Origin: Haliotis rubra
Lineage: Eukaryota
Assembly (NCBI RefSeq): GCF_003918875.1
Contig: NW_025766336.1
Location: 1,736,001-1,800,000, forward strand
Direction of reading: 5' to 3'
DNA: 64,000 bases
The position numbers were made by a program, and so were the translations under genes. The notes beneath the pieces were generated by a model. That model saw only the letters and a program-made list of their open reading frames with translations, was not told the DNA's origin and did not search any database. How positions within the stretch are numbered: the first letter of the stretch is position 1; each line of letters starts with the position of its first letter. Positions 52,570-64,000 of the stretch are shown one piece after another.

Positions 52570-54375
52570 ATGCCTCCAGTAGCTACCCGTCTAATCTAAC
52601 GGGTCCTCACAGCTACCACCACGTTTACAGTAGCTACCCGTCTAATCTAACGGGTCCTCACAGCTACCACCACGTTTACAGTAGCTACCCGTCTAATCTA
52701 ACGGGTCCTCAAAGCTACCACCACGTTTACAGTAGCTACCCGTCTAATCTAACGGGTCTTCACAGCTACCGCCATGCCTACAGTAGCTACCCGTGTAATC
52801 TAACGGGTCCTCACAGCTACCACCATGCCTACAGTAGCTACCCGTCTAATCTAACGGGTCCTCACAGCTACCACCACGTTTACAGTAGCTACCCGTCTAA
52901 TCTAACGGGTCCTCACAGCTACCACTATGCCTACAGTAGCTACCCGTCTAATCTAACGGGTCCTCACAGCTACCACCATGCCTCCAGTAGCTACCCGTCT
53001 AATCTAACGGGTCCTCACAGCTACCACCATGCCTACAGTAGCTACCCGTCTAATCTAACGGGTCCTCACAGCTACCACCATGCCTACAGTAGCTACCCGT
53101 CTAATCTAACGGGTCCTCACAGCTACCACCATGCCTCCAGTAGCTACCCGTCTAATCTAACGGGTCCTCACAGCTACCACCATGCCTACAGTAGCTACCC
53201 GTCTAATCTAACGGGTCCTCACAGCTACCACGACGTTTACAGTAGCTACCCGTCTAATCTAACGGGTCCTCACAGCTACCACCATGCCTACAGTAGCTAC
53301 CCGTCTAATCTAACGGGTCCTCACAGCTACCACCACGTTTACAGTAGCTACCCGTCTAATCTAACGGGTCCTCACAGCTACCACTATGCCTACAGTAGCT
53401 ACCCGTCTAATATAACGGGTCCTCACTGCCACCACCATGCCTACAGTAGCTACCCGTCTTATCTAACGGGTCCTCACTGCTACCACCATGCCTCCAGTAG
53501 TTACCCGTCTAATCTAACGGGTCCTCACAGCTACCACCACGTTTACAGTAGCTACCCGTCTAATCTAACGGGTCCTCACAGCTACCACCATGCCTCCAGT
53601 AGCTACCCGTCTAATCTAACGGGTCCTCACAGCTACCACCACGTTTACAGTAGCTACCCGTCTAATCTAACGGGTCCTCACAGCTACCACCATGCCTACA
53701 GTAGCTACCCGTCTAATATAACGGGTCCTCACTGCCACCACCATGCCTACAGTAGCTACCCGTCTAATCTAACGGGTCCTCACAGCTACCACCACGTTTA
53801 CAGTAGCTACCCGTCTAATCTAACGGGTCCTCACAGCTACCACCATGCCTACAGTAGCTACCCGTCTCATCTAACGGGTCCTCACAGCTACCACCACGTT
53901 TACAGTAGCTACCCGTCTAATCTAACGGGTCCTCACAGCTACCACCATGCCTACAGTAGCTACCCGTCTAATCTAACGGGTCCTCACAGCTACCACCATG
54001 CCTACAGTAGCTACCCGTCTCATCTAACGGGTCCTCACAGCTACCACCACGTTTACAGTAGCTACCCGTCTAATCTAACGGGTCCTCACAGCTACCACCA
54101 TGCCTACAGTAGCTACCCGTCTAATCTAACGGGTCCTCACAGCTACCACCATGCCTACAGTAGCTACCCGTCTAATCTAACGGGTCCTCACTGCTACCAC
54201 CATGCCTACAGTAGCCACCCGTCTAATCTCACGTATACTCACAGGTACCACCAAGCCTACAGTAGCTACCCGTCTAATCTAACGGGTCTTCACAGGTACC
54301 ACCATGCCTACAGTAGCTACCCGTCTATTCTAACGGGTCCTCACAGCTACCACCACGCTTACAGTAGCTACCCGA
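52570..54375. repeat. 51-bp minisatellite, about 35 copies
   Basis: Unit CAGTAGCTACCCGTCTAATCTAACGGGTCCTCACAGCTACCAC(CATGCCTA/CACGTTTA/CATGCCTC). Confidence 0.95.
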
Positions 54376-54734
54376 TATTTTAAGCTCTCCATTAATAACC
54401 TATAACGGGTTCCAATGTATGAACATCACAATGAACACTTGACGTGCCACTTCAACAAAACACACCCGCATACTATGGTACTAAGTAAACGTACAATATA
54501 CGTACAAGTCATAGCCTAACAGTTACTTGGCATTTTCCTGACAAATATAATGTAATAATGATACAGCACGACCAGGGGTGACGTTGGATGTATTACTCGT
54601 GATCTGCCAGGGCTTACAGATTGTTGTAGGTACCCCTTGGACACTTCACTCGTAATGCAACTTTATGTGAACGGAGATAAAGTGAGATGTCAGATGACTT
54701 CATCGTAAAGTGTATCCACATCATCGAGACCACC

Positions 54735-55045
54735 CTTGGATTTACGACAATCGTAAGAAAATGCAACTAGAACGACGGGTCACAAACCGATCTTGGCGTT
54801 ACGACAATCGTAAGTCAATACAACTAGGTCCACGGATCACGAGCCGATCTTGGCGTTACGACAATCGTAAGTCAATACAACTAGGTCCACGGATCACGAG
54901 CCGATCTTGGCGTTACGACAATCGTAAGTCAATACAACTAGGTCCACGGATCACAAACCGATCTTGGTGTTACGACAATCGTAAGTCAAAACAACTAGGT
55001 CCACGGATCACGAACCGATCTTGGCGTTACGACAATCGCAAGTCC
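54735..55045. repeat. 57-bp tandem repeat, about 5.5 copies
   Basis: Unit GGTCCACGGATCACGAGCCGATCTTGGCGTTACGACAATCGTAAGTCAATACAACTA. Confidence 0.92.
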
Positions 55046-55899
55046 ATGTTACAAAATGATTTCTATACATTACATATCCTAGGATGGCCGTAGCTTCGTG
55101 GAATGAAGCTGAAGTTATACCTCGATGGTTTGGTAGTAATTTGGTACAGCATGACCATCTTAGTACTGGGACTGTCGTGACCCGCATGATTTAATATACA
55201 CTCGGTTACATGCATATCGGACGCTGGTCACATTTTCTTCATCCGGAAACACTTAATCTTCACATCGGTGGTCGTCGTCATCTTAAGCTACACTTTGTCA
55301 TATAGGTCTCTGTCTCTCACTCCCATTGCTGTGCTGAATGCCAATAGAAACTACCAATAGTATAACTTACAAAGGCAGGTATTACTTTCTCACTTTGTGA
55401 ACATCACAATAGTTCCTTATGAATACTAAACAAACCATGAATGATTGGTTTCAGATAGTTAAAAAACCCGTGCATGATATCATCAGTGAGGTCGGAGTCA
55501 GTGAGCATGATCACCCCCTATCATTACACAGATCGCAATCTGAACGCGTTGAACAGCAGAGACACATGCATACACAGAGGAGCCTGGCCCTACAAGCCTG
55601 GATCTGTCAACAGTTGGGTGACTATAGCACCCCAGCGTTCACCCTCATTGCCACGGGGATACTGTAACAACGTCAACATATCTACCCGGTATACACCCTT
55701 AAGTAGGGATCCATTTGACTTTAAACTATGTAAGTAGACGTGACCATGTGTCCTGCAGTGTCACTATAGCGACATTAGTGCTGGCGTGTACACGCTGTAT
55801 CAGCGGGTTTACTTACAGGTGGATACACGAACCAATCACAGCTGACATTACGCGGGGTTAGGGCTCGTGTGGTATATAGACATATATTGTGGAGTGGCA

Positions 55900-58052
55900 T
55901 ATATTGTGGGGGAAGAGGGTAAAGATGTATTATGTGTTGGCAAGAGGTGGACGAAGAGGGATCTTGCGTAGGCAAGTTAAAAGTAGACGAATAGGGTAAA
56001 GATGTATTATGTTGAGGCAAGTTTAAGGTGGAAGAAGAGGGTAAAGCTGTATAATTTGGAGGACGTTTAAGGTGGAAGAAGAGGGTAAAGTTGTATTTTG
56101 TGTTGGCAAGTTTAAGGTGGAAGAAGAGGGTAAAGCTGTATTTTGTGTTGGCAAGTTTAAGGTGGAAGAAGAGGGTAAAGCTGTATTTTGTGTTGGCAAG
56201 TTTAAGGTGGAAGAAGAGGGTAAAGCTGTATTTTGTGTTGGCAAGTTTAAGGTTGAAGAAGAGGGTAAAGCTGTATCATGTGTTGGCAGGTTTAAGGTGG
56301 AAGAAGAGGGTAAAGCTGTATTTTGTGTTGGCAAGTTTAAGGTGGAAGAAGAGCGTAAAGCTGTATTTTGTGTTGGCAAGATTAAGGTTAAAGAAAAGGG
56401 TAAAGCTGTATTATGTGTTGGCAAGTTTAAGGTGGACGAAGAGGGTAAAGCTGTATAATGTGGAGGACGTTTAGGGTGGAAGAAGAGGGTAAAGCTGTAT
56501 AATGTGGAGGACGTTTAAGGTGGAAGAAGAGGGTAAAGCTGTATAATGTGGAGGACGTTTAAGGTGGAAAAAAAGGGTAAAGCTGTATAATGTGGAGGAC
56601 GTTTAAGGTTGAAGAAGAGGGTAAAGCTGTATTTTGTGTTGGCAAGTTTAAGGTGGAAGAAGAGGGTAAAGCTGTGTAATGTGTTGGCAAGTTTAAGGTG
56701 GAAGAGGAGGGTAAAGCTGTATAATGTGGAGGACGTTTAAGGTTGAAGAAGAGGGTAAAGCTGTATTTTGTGTTGGCAAGTTTAAGGTGGAAGAAGAGGG
56801 TAAAGCTGTATTTTGTGTTGGCAAGTTTAAGGTGGAAGAAGAGGGTAAAGCTGTGTAATGTGTTGGCAAGTTTAAGGTGGAAGAGGAGGGTAAAGCTGTA
56901 TAATGTGGAGGACGTTTAAGGTGGAAGAAGAGGGTAAAGCTGTATTTTGTGTTGGCAAGTTTAAGGTGGAAGAAGAGGGTAAAGCTGTATAATGTGTTGG
57001 CAAGTTGAAGGTGGAAGAAAAGGGTAAAGCTGTATAATGTGGAGGACGTTTAAGGTGGAAGAAGAGGGTAAAACTGTATAATGTGGAGGACGTTTAGGGT
57101 GGAAGAAGAGGGTAAAGCTATATAATGTGGAGGACGTTTAGGGTGGAAGAAGAGGGTAAAGCTGTATTTTGTGTTAGCAAGTTTAAGATTGAAGAAGAAG
57201 GTAAAGCTGTATTTTGTGTTGGCAAGTTTAAGGTGGAAGAAGAGGGTAAAACTGTATAATGTGTTTGAAAGTTTAAGGTGGAAGAAGAGGGTAAAGCTGT
57301 ATTGTGCTGAGGCGCGTTTAAGGTGGACGAAGAGGGTAAAGTTGTATCATGTGATGGCAAGTTTAAGGTGGAAGAAAAGGGTAAAGCTGTATAATGTGTT
57401 GGCAAGTTGAAGGTGGAAGAAAAGGGTAAAGCTGTATAATGTGGAGGACGTTTAAGGTGGAAGAAGAGGGTAAAGCTGTATAATGTGGAGGACGTTTAGG
57501 GTGGAAGAAGAGGGTAAAGCTGTATAATGTGTTGGCAAGTTTAAGGTGGAAGAAAAGGGTAAAGCTGTATAATGTGGAGGATGTTTAAGGTGGAAGAAGA
57601 GGGTAAAGCTGTATTTTGTGTTTGCAAGTTTAAGGTGGAAGAAGAGGGTAATGGTGTATAATGTGTTGGCAAGTTTAAGGTGGAAGAAGAGGGTAAAGCT
57701 GTATAATGTGGAGGACGTTTAAGGTGGAAGAAGAGGGTAAAGCTGTATAATGTGGAGGACGTTTAGGGTGGAAGAAGAGGGTAAAGCTGTATAATGCGTT
57801 GGCAAGTTTAAGGTGGAAGAAAAGGGTAAAGCTGTATAATGTGGAGGACGTTTAGGGTGGAAGAAGAGGGTAAAGCTGTATAATGTGGAGGACGTTTAGG
57901 GTGGAAGAAGAGGGTAAAGCTGTATAATGTGGAGGACGTTTAAGGTGGAAGAAGAGGGTAAAGCTGTATAATGTGGAGGACGTTTAAGGCGGAAGAAGAG
58001 GGTAAAGCTGTATCATGTGGAGGACGTTTAAGGTGGAAGAAGAGGGTAAAAT
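55900..58052. repeat. 44/45-bp purine-rich minisatellite, about 48 copies
   Basis: GTTTAAGGTGGAAGAAGAGGGTAAAGCTGT followed by ATTTTGTGTTGGCAA or ATAATGTGGAGGAC. Confidence 0.95.
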
Positions 58053-58955
58053 GTATATTTATGGGAGCAAGTTTATTGGGTAAAACTACATAATATGCTC
58101 AACAATATCCCAGTTAACAGGATTTCACCGAATTTCGAAGTTTTCGAACATATTTTCCGAGTCAGCTGCCAGATGGAATTTACAACATCACTTCACAATA
58201 GAAATAATACCTTTATAGGACTATTGAACTTGTGGAACTGGTGGAAGCTGAGGTCCAGCTAAATTCGTCTTTATACAAAGTGTGACATAAATAGGAAGAT
58301 TTAACTGTAAATTATGAGATTCAAACTTCATTGTGCGTGACTGATATATATATAGCCACCTTTATACTCAACCATCTTCAGGGACGCAGGGGCTATCATT
58401 ACCACAAAAATAACCCCTCAAGTAGTCAAGCGTCTGAAAACCCTAGTTTTGTATTTGTCAAACAGATTCGAGATGTAGATAAATTGCTGCTTACATCCTG
58501 AACTGCAGTGTCAGTAGGTACATCGTGTACCTCGTGATGCAGGGGGGGGGGGTTGTTGTTGGAAGGGCAGCGGATCTGGAGCGTGAAGTGACTCAGGTAC
58601 ATCTAGTCTTACTATCCTTTGTGTGGTGATGTTAATATAGATACAGATGATGGATGGGGACAAGCGGTATAACAGGCTACATGCATATTTATATCTACAT
58701 ACAGAACCTGGCGTTAGATGACCTCAGTGAATATGTCGGTATAGGGAACGCTGCTTCAAATTAAGGCTCGTTGGGTTTGGTGGGGACTATTGTGTTCGAG
58801 TTAACACGACTTACTTAGTCTGAAACAAAACTATCCAAAACATGTTAGGTTATGATATGTCTGTGAATGACAAAACTTTTCAGGTTCCTTTATCTAACAC
58901 AGCGAAAAACTCAGAATACTTTTGTCTGAATTACACAATTACGTAGACCAGTGTG

Positions 58956-59345
58956 ATGTTACATACCCGACGTATTTCAATAACGTATGGTCATGTTACA
59001 TTACCGACGTCTTTCTGTAGCGTCTCGTCATGTTACATACCCGACGTATTTCTATAACGTATAGTCATGTTACATACCCGACGTATTTCTATAACATATC
59101 GCCATGTTACATACCCGACGTATTTCTATAACATATCGCCATGTTACATACCCGACATATTTCTATAACATATCGCCATGTTACATACCCGACGTATTTC
59201 TATAACGTATCGCCATGTTATATACCCGACGTATTTCTGCAACTTATCTACAAATTACATACCCAACGTATTTCTATAACGTATCGCCATGTTACATACC
59301 CGACGTATTTCTGTAGCCAATCGTTCAGTTACATTCCCGACGCAG
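58956..59345. repeat. 37-bp minisatellite, about 10 copies
   Basis: Unit TGTTACATACCCGACGTATTTCTATAACGTATCGCCA. Confidence 0.92.
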
Positions 59346-61431
59346 TTATAAACCATTGTCTCAATACTAGCCGGTGATACATAACTGACTGTATTTCAAT
59401 AAATCATGGTCTAGGTATGGTAACCCCTCTGCTGCATACCCTGCGTGAGTCATTACCAAAGACAGGACAGGGACTCCGTTATAGCAGTTGTTTCGGCTTC
59501 ACCACAAACACGTTCACCGTCACCGTGGGCTGTGACGTTGTAGCCGTGTTACACCATTTGTCTCTCAATCCATCAAGCAAAGTGTGTTCGTGACAACTAT
59601 GGCGTTAAGCTAGGTGATGATATGGTATCGATGTCTGGTAAATCAAGTAGATATATTCTGCTGCTAATGAACGAAGTGCTTGTGTTGTAACAGCTCCGAA
59701 CACCCGATATAGAAGATTAACACACGGTTCCCACCCGCTGGGAAACGCCAACCTGGCGTTGTTAGGGGTCGGGGGGATTAGCTTTGCGGTAGAACAAAAC
59801 TTGAACGTGCAGTATCATTAATACCATCGCATTAACAAAACACAGCACTCCCCGGGAGATCGTCGTGGAATACCCGCAGTGTACAGCCATTAGTAGTTTG
59901 TTTTGGGGGGCGATGTTTCGGGACGATGCCAGGGGATCAGCGTCTCAATGTGAAGGTTTGTTTCGGGGTTTGAGATGCGTAGGGACATGTCGGGAGTGGG
60001 GTAACAGTTCCCACGGGAGAGCTACCGCCGGGTGTGACATCACTACCATGAAGGAGCTGAAGACATGAGGTTAAGAGCCATTCATCTACTTTTGTGACAC
60101 TGTACAGCAATGGCGAATCTCTCTACCAGCCTTCTTTGTTAGTATATGTACCTGTATTCACCTGTAATCAACGCAAGGATTACTTTATTTACCTTGCACG
60201 GACTCCTGTGGAGAGCAATATGCAAGCCACTCAAGCGTTCCCTAAGTAACTATATCATGAAGGATCCCCACTTGTGACTCACTGTTCCAAACATTCTACA
60301 GAAGGCTTTATTACACATACTTTCCGCTGCCTCCATTCTGTTGTAAATTTTCATTGAAATACATCGACCCCCTTTGCCTGCATGGTATTCTCTCGCGACA
60401 AATACAACAGTTGAAGACGCTTGTGCTTTATTGCATCGTGAAGTCGGAGGTGTAAAGGAATTGAGAGTTATTAAGGGTAATAGCTACTGAGGCTTAATCC
60501 ATCCATACAAGCAGCTATTGTGAAACCATAATTTTCCTTTACAAAAACGATGATAAAGATCTGTGGCTCTCGTCATTCGAACTTAATAATTTTACCGAAG
60601 AAGAAAATATAAGTGCGGATACAGAGTTTATAAACAGGCGTGCGTTTTGTCACAAGGAATTACCATAGAAAGGATTACGTTATGGCCAATATGTTAGCAG
60701 TTACAGTTTTAGTAGCACCCATCGCCCAGTTCTCAATAGAAATAGTTTCTGGATGCTTAACAAAAGCGATGCGGACCCTTGGGCTGTTATCTTTCATTCA
60801 GTTTGGACCTTTTGGTTTTAAGGTTTCTGGACAGTTGAAAATGATTATATTTTCGAAATGTCAAAATAATCGAATAAATAATTTGAGTTTATTTATAAGC
60901 TGTTGCTCGTCCTAAGAGTGAGGTCGAAACACGAAAGATTACAAGTAACCACTGACAGCTACTTCGGTACTCTGCTGTACCCGAACACAGCCGAGTGACC
61001 ATAGGCACAGATGAAACAATGCCTCACATGCTTTGTAGTCGTGCTTGAAGCTGTGCACTTCGACTTGCACAAGTCTCTAAGGTAAAATTTAATCGTTTAT
61101 ATGTTAATTTCTAAAAAAATAATAAATAAGAGACTGGGGTCCTTATCCCTAGACTGTCCGCTTATCTCGACTTGCCTCTCCGAAGGACAGAATTACTATA
61201 CATCCATGGGCTCAACATTCAGTTCAGCCTTGGAACAAGGCTACTATGCACCATGTAAAGCCACTCTGACAAGGATCAGGTCAGATACAAACGAGATGTA
61301 CACACACGTTACAGTGCGTTGTGAATGTAACATACTTTCAACAACCCTGATGACTGTGTTCCTTTGTCAGTACAGGCTCATCAGTAGGGAGTAGAGCTAA
61401 GAAGTGTTAAACAAGACCAAATTACTGAAAT

Positions 61432-61469
61432 CAGAGACCATATAATAGATTATTATTATATGGTCTCTG
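61432..61469. mobile_element. 38-bp palindromic micro-MITE with 7-bp TSD
   Basis: CTGAAAT|CAGAGACCATATAATAGATTATTATTATATGGTCTCTG|CTGAAAT. Confidence 0.88.
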
Positions 61470-61779
61470 CTGAAATATACAAAACACAAAAGCACAAACT
61501 GGCCGTGATGAGAAGACCGAGTGCTCGGGAACACGTACGACGGCGTCTGCAGCTTTTGGACATATCTTACTTGTACACACATTACAGCTGCAATAAATTC
61601 TGATCTATTTTTAGCCGATACCTGTGTTAAGGACGCTTATGTTAAACGATCGATACATTGCCGAAACCAGGTCACTCTTGCAATATTTTGGCATCTGCTA
61701 TCTTAATGACATATGAATTGTTTAACTAATCCTGTTTTATTTAGGAGAACATCTTCTCAGTAAAGTACAGATTCTAGTA

Positions 61780-61888
61780 CTTTTGTTGGGTTGAGTCCCA
61801 TCCGGGATTCGAATCCACACCCTCAGAGTCAGGCACCTAATCGCCAGTACTCAAAGTCAGCCGCCTAACCCACTTAAGCACTGCGGCC
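61780..61888 (-). mobile_element. tRNA-like head of a third SINE family, or a tRNA pseudogene
   Basis: Reverse complement GGCCGCAGTGCTTAAGTGGGTTAGGCGGCTGACTTTGAG...GTGGATTCGAATCCCGG has A/B-box-like motifs but no clean acceptor stem. Confidence 0.45.
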
Positions 61889-62671
61889 ACGTAATCCCAA
61901 ATATAACATTAGTTAAATATGACCACTTTCTAAATGGCAATGTGTATTCATATGATTTGTTTAATGGTTTATATGGAAAGTTTAAGTACATTTCCCCCAA
62001 AACGAATGCCACTGATTTTATCAACCTTGCCGAAGTACATGGAGAAAGAGTTGAAAGCCATGCCATTCCATCCATACAACAGAGTTTGCCTTTTCCTCTC
62101 TGAACAATTGGCCTGTCTACACGTCCAGTCGGCCGTTTATCCCCCTATGTTATAATGTATAGCGTCTCTTGAACCCCTCGCCGCCAACTTACATCACCCC
62201 GCTATTCCTGGTCCACCGAACATACGGGCTGGACACAAGGCCACACGTAACCGCCATCTAACTGCAGATTTGGGATACAATGGACTTGCAAATCAAACTG
62301 AACCGCCGGAAGGCAGGCTACATAGAAGACAAATCACCCATAAACAATTTGTCTGCGATTGAGTAACTGATTTAAATTGTTGTAAGTCAGATAAATTCAT
62401 TGACATTGCCGTCGAGGTGTTAACGGCCTCCTGCGATTAAATCCCCCTTGCGGCCATTAATCTCTCGCTAAACTCATTGGTGGTCAGTGGTAATTGCCTA
62501 CTAATCGACGCAGTTACCTCCCCTTCCAATTTGTACGAAACTAATTACGTCATGCTGCAATTGTTCCGTGAGCCCCGAAGCGAGGGTTCTAGTGTTATAG
62601 AATCGGAACCTGTAATTGGCATGAGAATAACTGCAATCAGCGTCACTGGCGTGTAACCGCTCGAGACAGAT

Positions 62672-64000
62672 ATCGACAGTCACGTCTATAGTGCAGACCT
62701 GCCACGACAATCCACAGGCGATACAGTCACCTCTATAGTCCAGACCTGCCACGACAATCCACAGGCGATACAGTCACCTCTATAGTGCAGACCTGCCACG
62801 ACAATCCACAGTCGATACAGTCACCTCTATAGTACAGACCTGCCACGACAATCCACAGGCGATACAGTCACCTCTATAGTGCAGACCTGCCACGACAATC
62901 CACAGGCGATACAGTCACCTCTATAGTACAGACCTACCACGACAATCCACAGTCGATACAGCCACCTCTATAGTACAGACCTACCACGACAATCCACAGT
63001 CGATACAGTCGTCACCTCTATAGTACACAATCCACAGTCGATACAGTCACCTGCCACGACAATCCACAGGCGATACAGTCACCTCTATAGGACAGACCTG
63101 CCACGACAATCCACAGGCGATACAGTCACCTCTATAGGACAGACCTACCACGACAATCCACAGGCGATACAGTCACCTCTATAGTACAGACCTGCCACGA
63201 CAATCCAGTCGATACAGTCAGGCGATACAGTCATACCTCTATAGTGCAGACCTGCCACGACAATCCACAGTCGATACAGTCACCTCTATAGGACAGACCT
63301 ACCACGACAATCCACAGTCGATACAGTCACCTCTATAGTGCAGACCTGCCACGACAATCCACAGTCGATACAGTCACCTCTATAGTACAGACCTGCCACG
63401 ACAATCCACAGTCGATACAGTCACCTCTATAGTGCAGACCTGCCACGACAATCCACAGTCGATACAGTCACCTCTATAGTACAGACCTGCCACGACAATC
63501 CACAGTCACAGTCTCTATAGTGCAGACCTGCCACGACAATCCACAGTCGATACAGTCACCTCTATAGTACAGACCTGCCACGACAATCCACAGTACAGTC
63601 ACCTCTATAGTACAGACCTGCACGACAATCTATAGTCACAGTCACCTCTATAGACAGACCTCGATACCACGACAATCCACAGTCGATACAGTCACCTCTA
63701 TAGTACAGACCTGCCACGACAATCCACAGTCGATACAGTCACCTCTATAGTGCAGACCTGCCACGACAATCCACAGTCGATACAGTCACCTCTATAGTAC
63801 AGACCTGCAATCCACAGTCGATACAGTCACCTCTATGAGTACCTGCCCGACAATCACAGTCGATACAGTCACCTCTATAGTGCAGACCTGCCACGACAAT
63901 CCACAGTCGATACAGTCACCTCTATAGTACAGACCTGCCACGACAATCCATTGTCACCTCTATAGTCGATACAGTCACCTCTATAGTGCAGACCTGCCAC
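62672..64000. repeat. 47-bp minisatellite running off the end of the window
   Basis: Unit CAGTCACCTCTATAGTGCAGACCTGCCACGACAATCCACAGGCGATA. Confidence 0.95.

Noticed and set aside
52570-54375. CRISPR-like appearance of palindromic repeats with variable linkers
   Set aside because: The linkers are short recurring alleles rather than unique spacers, there are no cas genes, and the context is eukaryotic.
56023-57410. Repetitive ORFs such as (FKVEEEGKAVFCVGK)n
   Set aside because: Products of the 44/45-bp minisatellite; the 44-bp variants break the frames.

Overview
Eukaryotic, repeat-rich genomic DNA. The SINE families look like those of molluscs, probably abalone (Haliotis); this is inferred from remembered repeat sequences, not from a search. 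The window holds one complete protein-coding gene: a 4-exon, minus-strand meteorin/METRNL-family gene, CDS join(34763..34887, 28271..28689, 25900..25956, 24225..24550), 927 nt, 308 aa, with all introns GT-AG and phase-consistent. Exons 1 and 3 are missing from the ORF track. The rest is mobile and repetitive DNA: a 5'-truncated MULE transposase with one candidate TIR; a LINE 3' end nested inside a SINE; a tRNA-headed SINE family and a ~240-bp SINE-like family with no tRNA head, which share a 3' tail; several MITE families; and about a dozen unrelated minisatellites (about 10 kb) that produce all the long spurious ORFs. The most notable observations are (1) 34-38-bp palindromic micro-elements, each with its own 7-bp target-site duplication (TSD), (2) the headless SINE's fixed 5' end, which can fold into a pseudoknotted domain, (3) a satellite built from a MITE arm, and (4) a CTCF-motif cluster upstream of the gene. 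There are no prokaryotic features and no CRISPR array.
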